Assembly: GCA_003150035.1 (NCBI GenBank)
Contig: QALR01000018.1
Location: 101,259-165,258, forward strand
DNA: 64,000 nucleotides
DNA from: Clostridiales bacterium
Lineage (GTDB): Bacteria; Bacillota; Clostridia; Oscillospirales; CAG-272
Direction: 5' to 3'
A model generated the notes under the pieces. The model did not search any database. It saw only the letters and a program-made list of their open reading frames with translations, and was not told where the DNA came from. Positions 10,167-18,389 of the stretch are shown here, piece by piece (positions within the stretch are counted from its first letter, which is position 1; each line of letters opens with the position of its first letter). The position numbers and the translations under genes are program-made.

Positions 10167-13100
10167 AACCATAAAAAAGACGCTTGTCATCGGATCAGGC
10201 CCGATCGTCATCGGGCAGGCGGCGGAGTTTGACTATGCCGGAACACAGGGCTGCCGCGTCCTGAAGGAGGCCGGCGTGGGTGTCGTGCTTGTCAATTCCA
10301 ATCCTGCCACCATCATGACCGACCGCGCTTTCGCGGACGAAATCTATCTCGAGCCTCTGACAGAGGAAACGCTCCGGCGCGTCATCGACAAGGAAAAGCC
10401 GGACAGCCTGCTCGCGGGCCTCGGCGGTCAGACAGGGCTTACGCTTGCCATGAAGCTTTCCCGCGACGGCTTCCTCGCCTCCCGCGGCGTGCGGCTGATC
10501 GGAACCAACATCGACGCCATTGACAAAGCGGAGGACCGCAAGCTTTTCAAAGAAACCATGGAAAAAATCGGCGAGCCCACCATTCCCTCCGACACCGCCG
10601 AAACCGTCGGAGAGACGCTTGCCATAGCAGAGAGAATCGGGTACCCTGTCATCATCCGTCCGGCGTTCACGCTCGGCGGCGCAGGCGGGGGCGTCGCATA
10701 CTCCGAAAAGGAAATGCGTGAGGCGGCCAAAACAGGGCTTGACGCCTCTCCGATTTCTCAAATCCTTGTGGAAAAATATATCGCCGGCTGGAAGGAAATC
10801 GAATTTGAAACCATGCGCGACGCCGCAGGCAACGTCATCGCCGTCTGCTCGATGGAAAACTTCGATCCTGTCGGCATTCATACCGGCGACAGCATCGTCG
10901 TGGCACCCGCGCTGACCCTCGCCGACCGGGAATATCAGATGCTGCGCAGCGCGGCGCTGCATATCATCGCTTCTCTCGGAATCGTCGGCGGCTGCAACTG
11001 CCAGTTCGCGCTTTCGCCGGACAGCTTCGAGTACGCGGTCATCGAGGTCAATCCCCGCGTTTCCCGTTCATCCGCGCTCGCCTCCAAGGCGACGGGCTAT
11101 CCGATTGCGAAAATCACGGCAAAAATTGCGCTTGGCTATACGCTGGACGAGATACAGAACGATATTACAGGCAAGACCTGCGCCTGTTTTGAGCCGGCAC
11201 TCGATTACGTTGTTGTTAAATTCCCCAAGTGGCCGTTCGATAAGTTCGCCGGCGCCTCCCGCACGCTCGGCACGCAGATGAAAGCGACGGGAGAGGTTAT
11301 GGCCATCGGCACCTCCTTTGAGGCGGCGCTGATGAAAGCCGTGCGCGGCGCAGAAATATCTCTGGATAGTCTGAACGCCGCACCGATCAGCAACGCGCCG
11401 CTTGCCGAACGTCTGGGAACACCCGATGACAGACGGCTTTTCACGATATTCGAAGCGTTCGACGCCGGATATTCCGTCGATGATATCCATACTGTCACAA
11501 AAATCGACCGCTTCTTCCTTTCCAAAATTCAGAAGCTTGCCAGGTTCGAAACCGAACTCTCCTCCTCCCCGATGACGGACTCGCTTTACCGCAGGGCCAA
11601 AACGCTCGGCTATCCAGACAGCGCCATCCGCCGCATTTCCGGTGTGGAGAAGCTTCCCGAACTTCCCGCCTCCTATCACATGGTGGATACCTGCGCGGCG
11701 GAGTTCAGCGCGCAAACGCCGTATTTTTATTCGGTATATGATGACGTCTGCGAGGCGCGCGATTTTGTTCGCGGCAGAAAAAAGAAAACCATTCTGGTGC
11801 TCGGTTCCGGCCCCATCCGGATCGGACAGGGCATCGAGTTTGACTATTCCTCTGTCCACTGCGTCATGACGTTAAAGAAAATGGGATATGATGTGGTCAT
11901 TATCAACAACAATCCCGAAACCGTTTCGACGGATTACGACACGGCGGATAGGCTTTATTTCGAGCCGCTCACGCCGGAGGATGTGATGAACATCATTCGG
12001 GTGGAAAACCCTGTCGGCGTCGTGGTCGCCTTTGGCGGGCAAACGGCCATCAGGCTCACAAAATATCTGGACGATCACGGGATTCCGATTCTCGGCACCT
12101 CTGCTGAAGGGATCGACACGGCAGAGGATCGTGAAAAATTTGACACTCTGCTCGAAACCTTCGGCATACGCCGTCCGCGCGGCATGGCGGTTCACGGCAT
12201 GGAGGAGGCCGTCCGCGCGGCGGATGCGCTCGGTTATCCTGTCCTGCTTCGTCCCTCCTATGTCATCGGCGGGCAGAACATGCAAATCGTGAGAAGCGAA
12301 GCCGAAACGCGCCGCTATATGGAACGCATTCTCCGCCACGGGGTCGACGGCTCTGTTCTTGTCGATAAGTACATGATGGGACCGGAGCTTGAGGTGGACG
12401 TCATTTCTGACGGGCATGACGTGCTCATCCCCGGCATCATGCAGCACATCGAACGCGCCGGCGTGCACAGCGGCGATTCCATTGCTGTCTATCCGCCGTA
12501 CGGAATCCACGACAAAATGACGGCGAGAATCGTCGAGTGCTCCGAGAAGCTCGCGCTCGCGCTCGGCACCCGCGGACTTGTCAACATACAATACCTGATA
12601 TATGCCGGAGAGCTTTACGTGATCGAGGTCAACCCCCGCGCGTCGCGCACGATTCCTTATATCAGCAAGGTAACGGGCGTCCCCATGGTAGATATCGCCT
12701 CGCGCGTCATGCTAGGCGAGCCCCTCGTCTCCCTCGGCTACGGCACGGGACTTTACAAAACGCCCCCCTATTTTGCGGTCAAGGTGCCGGTCTTCTCTTT
12801 TGAAAAGCTCACCGATGCAAGCTCCTATCTCGGGCCGGAAATGAAGTCGACAGGAGAGGTACTCGGTGTCGGCCGCACACTTTCGGAAGCGATGTTCAAA
12901 GGCTTTACGGCGGCAGGCTACCGGATCTCATCGTCGCATACGCATAGAGAACTCGGCGTTTTTCTCAGCGTGGAAAGCCACGATTATCATGACCTTGTCT
13001 CCCTTGGCAAAAAGCTTGTCGATCTCGGGATGAAGCTGTACGCCACTCCTGATACCGCCGCCGCTCTTCGCGGACTTGGCGCCGAGGTAACAGAGGTCCC

Positions 13101-14190
13101 CGGCATGACGGACCCTGCGGCAACGTTTGCGCTTCTTGAATCTGGCAGCATTGGCTATATCGTCTACACCGGCGCACTTTTCGACCGCACGCTGGACGAT
13201 TACATCGAGCTTCACCGCAAAGCGTTGACGCTCGGTATCGTATGCCTGACCTCTCTCGACACGGCAAACGCTCTCGCAGACGTCATTGCGGGACATTTCC
13301 GTGAGGACAACACCGAGCTTGTTGATATCAACCACATGAGAACAGCGCCTCTGCGGCTGCCTTTTGCCAAAATGCAGGGATCCGGCAACGATTATATCTT
13401 CTTTGAAAATTTCGACGGCAAAATCACCTGTCCCGAAGCGCTTGCCGTAAGCCTGTGCGACCGGGCGCACGGGATTGGCGGCTCCGGCATTGTGTTGATC
13501 GAGGAATCTAACCATGCCGACGCAAAAATGCGCATTTTCAACCGGGACGGAAGCGAAGGCAAAATGGCGGGCAACAGCATCCGGTGCGCAGGCAAATATC
13601 TTTTCGACAAGGGATATGTAAAATCGGATCGGATCACAGTGGAAACCGCCGGGGGAGACAAAACTCTTACCCTATATACCACGGGCGGAAAGGTGAACGA
13701 GGTCAGCGTGGACATGGGAAAAGCGGATTTTTCGGCAAAAGCGCTTCCCTGCACGCTTGACGCCGACGCACTCATCCGTTATCCCGTAACGGTAGGCGGC
13801 GCCTGTTATGAAATCACCTGCCTTTCAGTTGGAAATCCGCACTGTGTGATATTCTGTGATAGAGTAGACACCTTGGCGGTCGATGTCATCGGTCCTCAAT
13901 TCGAGCACGCGTCCTTTTTCCCGGAGCGAATCAACACGGAGTTTGTTCACATCGCCGATGAAACGACGCTTCAGATGCGCGTCTGGGAGCGCGGAAACGG
14001 CGAGACGGAAGCATGCGGTACCGGCGCCGCTGCCGCTGCCGCTGCCGCTGTGAAGCTCGGCCTATGCAAAAAAGACACCGACATTGTCGTCAAGCTGCGC
14101 GGCGGGGACCTTGTCGTGCGCTGCACGGACGATGGCATCACGCTCGACGGAGACGCGAACCTTGTCTATGAGGGCGTCGTGGAATATTGA
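10153..14190 (+). CDS. carB: Carbamoyl-phosphate synthase large subunit fused to a C-terminal diaminopimelate-epimerase-like domain
   Basis: Single 1345-aa ORF. aa 1 to about 1060 form a complete CarB (two ATP-grasp halves plus an MGS-like domain). aa 1062..1345 form a full DapF fold. There is no stop or frameshift at the junction and no SD before the internal ATGs. Confidence 0.9.
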   Translation: MPLDKTIKKTLVIGSGPIVIGQAAEFDYAGTQGCRVLKEAGVGVVLVNSNPATIMTDRAFADEIYLEPLTEETLRRVIDKEKPDSLLAGLGGQTGLTLAMKLSRDGFLASRGVRLIGTNIDAIDKAEDRKLFKETMEKIGEPTIPSDTAETVGETLAIAERIGYPVIIRPAFTLGGAGGGVAYSEKEMREAAKTGLDASPISQILVEKYIAGWKEIEFETMRDAAGNVIAVCSMENFDPVGIHTGDSIVVAPALTLADREYQMLRSAALHIIASLGIVGGCNCQFALSPDSFEYAVIEVNPRVSRSSALASKATGYPIAKITAKIALGYTLDEIQNDITGKTCACFEPALDYVVVKFPKWPFDKFAGASRTLGTQMKATGEVMAIGTSFEAALMKAVRGAEISLDSLNAAPISNAPLAERLGTPDDRRLFTIFEAFDAGYSVDDIHTVTKIDRFFLSKIQKLARFETELSSSPMTDSLYRRAKTLGYPDSAIRRISGVEKLPELPASYHMVDTCAAEFSAQTPYFYSVYDDVCEARDFVRGRKKKTILVLGSGPIRIGQGIEFDYSSVHCVMTLKKMGYDVVIINNNPETVSTDYDTADRLYFEPLTPEDVMNIIRVENPVGVVVAFGGQTAIRLTKYLDDHGIPILGTSAEGIDTAEDREKFDTLLETFGIRRPRGMAVHGMEEAVRAADALGYPVLLRPSYVIGGQNMQIVRSEAETRRYMERILRHGVDGSVLVDKYMMGPELEVDVISDGHDVLIPGIMQHIERAGVHSGDSIAVYPPYGIHDKMTARIVECSEKLALALGTRGLVNIQYLIYAGELYVIEVNPRASRTIPYISKVTGVPMVDIASRVMLGEPLVSLGYGTGLYKTPPYFAVKVPVFSFEKLTDASSYLGPEMKSTGEVLGVGRTLSEAMFKGFTAAGYRISSSHTHRELGVFLSVESHDYHDLVSLGKKLVDLGMKLYATPDTAAALRGLGAEVTEVPGMTDPAATFALLESGSIGYIVYTGALFDRTLDDYIELHRKALTLGIVCLTSLDTANALADVIAGHFREDNTELVDINHMRTAPLRLPFAKMQGSGNDYIFFENFDGKITCPEALAVSLCDRAHGIGGSGIVLIEESNHADAKMRIFNRDGSEGKMAGNSIRCAGKYLFDKGYVKSDRITVETAGGDKTLTLYTTGGKVNEVSVDMGKADFSAKALPCTLDADALIRYPVTVGGACYEITCLSVGNPHCVIFCDRVDTLAVDVIGPQFEHASFFPERINTEFVHIADETTLQMRVWERGNGETEACGTGAAAAAAAAVKLGLCKKDTDIVVKLRGGDLVVRCTDDGITLDGDANLVYEGVVEY
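13336..14190 (+). other. DapF-like domain of the CarB fusion; the first catalytic Cys position is Ala
   Basis: KMQGSGNDY, VGNPHCV, NTEF and WERGNGETEACGTGA are conserved. IFNRDGSEGKMAGNSIRC aligns to E. coli IFNADGSEVAQCGNGARC, so the Cys position is GCG (Ala) at 13567..13569. Confidence 0.8.
14026..14049 (+). repeat. (GCCGCT)x4 in-frame hexanucleotide repeat encoding Ala8
   Basis: gcc gct gcc gct gcc gct gcc gct read directly from the sequence. It lies just after the ACGTG motif. Confidence 0.9.
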
Positions 14191-14228
14191 ACCATCCCAG
14201 AACCTAAATACCGTATTACCATACGGCA

Positions 14229-14268
14229 TAAAAACCGGCGAGAAGTCAAAGCTTCTCGCCGGTTTTTC
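14229..14268. terminator. Bidirectional intrinsic terminator between carB-dapF and the convergent membrane-protein gene
   Basis: AAAAACCGGCGAGAAG-tcaaag-CTTCTCGCCGGTTTTT: an 11-bp GC-rich stem flanked by A and T runs. Confidence 0.85.
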
Positions 14269-14293
14269 GTCAAGTATGCGGCAGATTTCCCTC

Positions 14294-14971
14294 TTACAGC
14301 CAGGAAACGGTTCCATATACCGCGAGAAAAGCGCCGAGCAGACCGAGCGCTGCCGGTATGATATAGAACGAAACCTTACTCAAAATCTGTTCCAACCGCC
14401 GGACAGCCCTTGTCCCGCGCAGCTTGTTGTATCCAAAATAGAGCAAAATCAAGGGAAAAACATAGACAAAGGTATATAAAAGGATGAATCCCGCCACAAG
14501 CGGGAAGACAAGCTGATAGCTCGCCAATACCGCCAAAAATCCAAAGTACGGAAGCGCGCTTGTCAGCTCCACGCCGCAAAAGGCGACGCCCATGATAAAC
14601 AGCGCCGGGGCAGAAAGCTTTGCAGGCGTCTTCGCAGTTTCCTCCTCCGCATTTCCCGAACGCCGCGCCGTCTTTATCGTCAGCAGAATGCCGAAGAAAA
14701 GGCAAAAAAGTCCCGCTAGAATCGCCGCGCCATATACATAAACAGGATAAGCGGTACTTGCCGCGGCAAGAAGCCTCGAGACCCATGCCGCAACTCCGTA
14801 ATAGATCGCAAGTCCCATCGCGGCATTGGCAAGCCCTATCCCAAGGATAAAAAACCAAACATGGCGCTTGTTTTTGACCATAGATTGCAGCAGCATCTGC
14901 TGGGCAATCGCAGAGGGATTGAGACTGTCAAAAAAGCTCGTCGTGATCGTCGTGCCCAAAAGAATCAACAT
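14294..14971 (-). CDS. Polytopic membrane protein, GAP/DUF2910-like (LysE/DsbD-type superfamily)
   Basis: 225 aa with about 6 hydrophobic segments and N-terminal FFDSLNPSAI. GAGGAGG SD. The family assignment is from memory of the DSLNP motif only. Confidence 0.6.
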   Translation of the reverse strand: MLILLGTTITTSFFDSLNPSAIAQQMLLQSMVKNKRHVWFFILGIGLANAAMGLAIYYGVAAWVSRLLAAASTAYPVYVYGAAILAGLFCLFFGILLTIKTARRSGNAEEETAKTPAKLSAPALFIMGVAFCGVELTSALPYFGFLAVLASYQLVFPLVAGFILLYTFVYVFPLILLYFGYNKLRGTRAVRRLEQILSKVSFYIIPAALGLLGAFLAVYGTVSWL

Positions 14972-14983
14972 AATATCCTCCTC

Positions 14984-15039
14984 AAAAAAATAAGCGCTAA
15001 AATCATACCGCTAAGACCTAAGGTATGACTTTAACGCTT
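14984..15039 (-). terminator. Leader terminator/attenuator hairpin abutting the SD of the membrane-protein gene
   Basis: Reverse strand AAGCGTTAAAGTCATACC-(12-nt loop)-GGTATGATTTTAGCGCTT-ATTTTTTT-GAGGAGG. The 18-bp stem has 2 mismatches or wobbles. U-tract at 14984..14991. Confidence 0.6.
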
Positions 15040-15041
15040 TG

Positions 15042-15057
15042 CCCGTCCGGTGACGGG
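15042..15057. other. Short GC hairpin in the same leader; on the + strand it is followed by a T-rich run
   Basis: CCCGTC-cggt-GACGGG, then ATTTGTTTATTTTGTTTTATTT on the + strand. Confidence 0.5.
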
Positions 15058-15080
15058 GATTTGTTTATTTTGTTTTATTT

Positions 15081-15109
15081 ATTTTATCACAAAAGGGAAT
15101 GGTTGTCAA
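15081..15109 (-). promoter_or_regulatory. Sigma-A promoter upstream of the hairpin leader
   Basis: Reverse strand TTGACA (15109..15104), 17 nt, TAAAAT (15086..15081), with TGn extension (TGATAAAAT). Confidence 0.65.
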
Positions 15110-15171
15110 GTCCTCTCGCAGGGATTGCGCAAAAATATGCATCTACGGGATTTCCGGCACAGTCGTTATCC

Positions 15172-16239
15172 TTACGCATCCAAAAGAACCTCATGGCCGG
15201 TTTTCGCAGACTCATAAATCGCATTCAGGATCTTCATCATCTCGACGCCGTCGCAGGCGGGACTGATGCAGGGAGTTCCGTTCCGGATACAATCTACATA
15301 ATGATTGATTTCCTGACAGAACATATTGCCGAGGTTCATCGTCGTTTCCGCTTTCAGCGAAATATCCGTCATGTAACCGTCTAGCTCTCCGTAAAGCTCA
15401 AGCTCCGGATTGAGAGAAGCCCCCGCTTTCGTGCCGAAGAACTGCATTTTCCCCTCGTCGTTTTTAATGTTCAGGCTGAAGCTCGCTTCCACGCTGAGAA
15501 CGGAACCGTCCTCAAAACGAATAAGCGCCGTGGCAAGATCCTCAACGTCGCAGATATCCTCCCTGCCGGCACCGGACGAGCGATACTGCTTTTTCGAGCG
15601 GATATTCTTTCTGTCATAGAGCTTCTGGAATGTCGCGCCATATACGGAAACGGCGCGCGGCCCACCCTTCAGATACCGGACAAAGTCGATCACATGTACG
15701 CCAAGGTCGATAAGAGGTCCGCCGCCGGAGCGGGACTTATCTCCGAACCAACCGCCCGGGTTCCCGTTGCGGCGCAGATATTCCACCTTGGAATAGTAAA
15801 GGTCGCCGAAAAAGCCGTCCTCATAAAGCTCGCGCAGGATTTTCATATCCGGTCCGAAGCGGCGCACAAATCCGATCATAAGAAGCTTGCCGTTTTTCTC
15901 GGCAGCGTCCTGCATCGCCTTTGCATCCTCCACCATGATGCACATCGGCTTCTCGCAGAGAACGTGCTTACCGGCGTTCAACGCCGCAATGGTGCAGGGA
16001 GCGTGCCCGTTGTTCCAAGTACAAACGCTCACCGCGTCAAGCTCGGGCAGGGCAAGCATGTCATCCAGATTGGTATACAGCTTATCGATCTCATACTTTT
16101 CACCCATCATAGCCAGACGCTTTTCGTTGATATCACAAAATGCATACAGCTCAACATCCGGGTTCTTCCGATAAGCCTCGATATGCGACGCCGCGATGTT
16201 TCCGACGCCGATAATGCCGATTTTCAGTTTTTTTTCCAT
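15172..16239 (-). CDS. Gfo/Idh/MocA-family NAD(P)-dependent oxidoreductase
   Basis: N-terminal KIGIIGVGNIA Rossmann motif and the EKP motif (LCEKPM). ATG 16239 is preceded by an AAGGAG SD; the track start at 16260 is less likely. Confidence 0.88.
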   Translation of the reverse strand: MEKKLKIGIIGVGNIAASHIEAYRKNPDVELYAFCDINEKRLAMMGEKYEIDKLYTNLDDMLALPELDAVSVCTWNNGHAPCTIAALNAGKHVLCEKPMCIMVEDAKAMQDAAEKNGKLLMIGFVRRFGPDMKILRELYEDGFFGDLYYSKVEYLRRNGNPGGWFGDKSRSGGGPLIDLGVHVIDFVRYLKGGPRAVSVYGATFQKLYDRKNIRSKKQYRSSGAGREDICDVEDLATALIRFEDGSVLSVEASFSLNIKNDEGKMQFFGTKAGASLNPELELYGELDGYMTDISLKAETTMNLGNMFCQEINHYVDCIRNGTPCISPACDGVEMMKILNAIYESAKTGHEVLLDA

Positions 16240-16277
16240 ATACAGCTCCTTCCGGCACACAAAATATGCGCCGAATC

Positions 16278-17135
16278 TTAATTTTCACGAATCACTTTTT
16301 TCAGATGCTCATAGGCGGTCTGAATGTCGCGTGCCGGATCGTCGCCGACCTCGCGCTCGATGGTCAGAAAGCCGCGATACCCGATATCGTCGAGCGCCGC
16401 GAGATACTTTGCAAAATCCACGCTGCCCGTGCCGAGCGGAACCTCCTTGAAATACTTCACACCCTGCACTTCCTCTGGGATCGGATGAACGACCCGATAG
16501 ATATATTCGGGATTGCCGTCCGCAAGCTTCACCCCGTCCTTCGCGTGGGTATGGACGATATAACGGCGCAGATTGTATACCGCCTGCACCGGGTCATCTC
16601 CTGTCACCATGACAAGATTTGCCGGGTCAAGGTTGACTGCAACGCCGGTCGAGTCCAGCGAATCGAGAAACTCCGCAAGCACGGCGGACGGCTCCGGTCC
16701 CGTTTCTACCGCAAAATGCGAACCGATGCTGTCGGCATAACGGGCAAGCTCGTAGCATGCCTCCTGCATAATTTTATACCGGTCATGATTCTTATCCGCC
16801 GGCACAACGCCGATATGTGTCGTCACAATATTGGTCTCAAAGTCCTTCGCCATATCCATAATGCGCTTGGACTGCTCGATAAGCTCCGGATTGAGTGCCG
16901 GATCCCCAAACCCGCGGCCAAGATCGCCGCAAATAGCGGAAAATACCATTCCGTGATCTTTCACGTACTGCAGAAGGTCTCGGCGCTGTTCCTTCCCAAA
17001 ATTTTCGGGTCCGTGCGCGCCGCGCGTACAATACATTTGAAGTCCCTTGATGCCAATTGCTTCCGCCTTTTTCACCGCTTCCTTCGTGTCACAGCGAAAA
17101 GAATCTACAATCGCGCCGATGGGAAAATCATACAT
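16278..17135 (-). CDS. Sugar phosphate isomerase/epimerase (xylose-isomerase-like TIM barrel)
   Basis: 285 aa of AP-endonuclease-2 / TIM-barrel type, with alternating acidic and His metal-ligand pattern (..FAVETG.., ..HAKD.., ..TIERE..). Confidence 0.8.
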   Translation of the reverse strand: MYDFPIGAIVDSFRCDTKEAVKKAEAIGIKGLQMYCTRGAHGPENFGKEQRRDLLQYVKDHGMVFSAICGDLGRGFGDPALNPELIEQSKRIMDMAKDFETNIVTTHIGVVPADKNHDRYKIMQEACYELARYADSIGSHFAVETGPEPSAVLAEFLDSLDSTGVAVNLDPANLVMVTGDDPVQAVYNLRRYIVHTHAKDGVKLADGNPEYIYRVVHPIPEEVQGVKYFKEVPLGTGSVDFAKYLAALDDIGYRGFLTIEREVGDDPARDIQTAYEHLKKVIREN

Positions 17136-17172
17136 AGGAAAATTCCTCCTACTCTACACAAAATTCATGTTT

Positions 17173-17201
17173 ATTGTAATAGACCTTGTCGAAAAAGTCA
17201 A
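17173..17201 (-). promoter_or_regulatory. Internal sigma-A promoter between uxuA and the TIM-barrel gene
   Basis: Reverse strand TTGACT (17201..17196), 17 nt, TACAAT (17178..17173). Confidence 0.6.
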
Positions 17202-17208
17202 CAGCAGG

Positions 17209-17223
17209 TTCAAATTTTTTGAA
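17209..17223. promoter_or_regulatory. 6-3-6 palindrome TTCAAA-TTT-TTTGAA just upstream of the internal promoter (candidate operator)
   Basis: Perfect inverted repeat read directly, 8 nt upstream of the -35. Confidence 0.3.
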
Positions 17224-17235
17224 ATCCCCCTACAT

Positions 17236-17262
17236 GGAAACAGCGGACAAAAAGCGTCCGCC
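17236..17262 (-). terminator. Probable intrinsic terminator after uxuA
   Basis: Reverse strand GCGGAC-gcttttt-GTCCGC-TGTTTCC. Confidence 0.5.
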
Positions 17263-17270
17263 TTTCCGCT

Positions 17271-18341
17271 TTATTTCCTATTGGATTTAACTATCGCTTC
17301 CCAAAGTCCGTTAAGATAGGTTGCGCCGAGTGCACGGTCATAAAGTCCGTAGCCGGGCATCGCGACCTCGTCCCAGATCATGCGTCCGTGGTCGGGGCGG
17401 ATCGGCCCGTCAAAGCCGATATCGTAAAGCGCCTTCATAATTTCATACATATCAAAGGAGCCATCCGAGGAAAGATGCGCCGCCTCCTCAAAATCTGTCG
17501 GAGAATTGAATTTCAGGTTGCGCACATGCGCAAAATGAATGCGTCCTTTCAGCGAGCGGATCATATCCGGCAGGTCATTGTTCAGATTCGTCCCATAGGA
17601 GCCGGAGCAGAAGGTCACCCCGTTATGCGGGTCGTCCACCATCTTCATCATACGCAGAATATTTTCCTTGTTGATGATGATACGCGGAAGCCCGAATACG
17701 CTCCACGCCGGGTCGTCCGGATGAATCGCCATTTTGATGTCATACTGATTGCAGACAGGCATAATCGCTTCCAAGAAATACTTGAGGTTTGCAAACAGCT
17801 TTTCATTATCCACGTCCTTATAAAGGGTAAAAAGCTCCTTCACCTTTGCCATGCGTTCCGGCTCCCAACCCGGCATAACCGTGCCGTTCATATCGCCGGA
17901 AATCGATGAGAACATCTCGTCCGGATTGAGTCTGTCCACTGCCTCTTGGGTATAGGCAAGGACGGTCGAACCGTCAGGACGCTTTCTGGCAAGCTCAGTG
18001 CGGGTCCAGTCGAACACCGGCATGAAGTTATAGCAGACCATGTGGATATCCGCACGGCCGAGACGCTCCAGCGTTGTGATATAATTTTCAATATGGCGGT
18101 CCCGCTCCGGCGTTCCCGCCTTAATGGCGTCGCTGACGTTGACGCTCTCGATACCGTGTATAAGCAGCCCTGCCGCCTCCACTTCCTTTTTGAGCGCCGC
18201 AATTTTCTCCGCCTCCCATGCCTCACCGGGCACGGAATCATACAGCGTCGTGATAACCCCGGTCACACCCGGAATCTGACGGATTTGCTTTAAGGTAACG
18301 GTATCAAAGCCGGTACCATACCATCTGAGTGTCATATTCAT
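17271..18341 (-). CDS. uxuA: Mannonate dehydratase
   Basis: 356 aa. The N-terminus MTLRWYG..D.V.L..IRQIPGV.G is typical of UxuA, and the length is full. Confidence 0.92.
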   Translation of the reverse strand: MNMTLRWYGTGFDTVTLKQIRQIPGVTGVITTLYDSVPGEAWEAEKIAALKKEVEAAGLLIHGIESVNVSDAIKAGTPERDRHIENYITTLERLGRADIHMVCYNFMPVFDWTRTELARKRPDGSTVLAYTQEAVDRLNPDEMFSSISGDMNGTVMPGWEPERMAKVKELFTLYKDVDNEKLFANLKYFLEAIMPVCNQYDIKMAIHPDDPAWSVFGLPRIIINKENILRMMKMVDDPHNGVTFCSGSYGTNLNNDLPDMIRSLKGRIHFAHVRNLKFNSPTDFEEAAHLSSDGSFDMYEIMKALYDIGFDGPIRPDHGRMIWDEVAMPGYGLYDRALGATYLNGLWEAIVKSNRK

Positions 18342-18389
18342 AAAAATTCCCCTCCTGCCGCTCGCAGCGGCGTATATTCTATTTTCAGA

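Noticed and set aside
15042-15057. Considered whether the leader hairpin is a guanidine-II (mini-ykkC) module.
   Set aside because: mini-ykkC needs two hairpins with ACGR tetraloops. Here the loop reads ACCG, and the second hairpin has an unrelated 12-nt loop.
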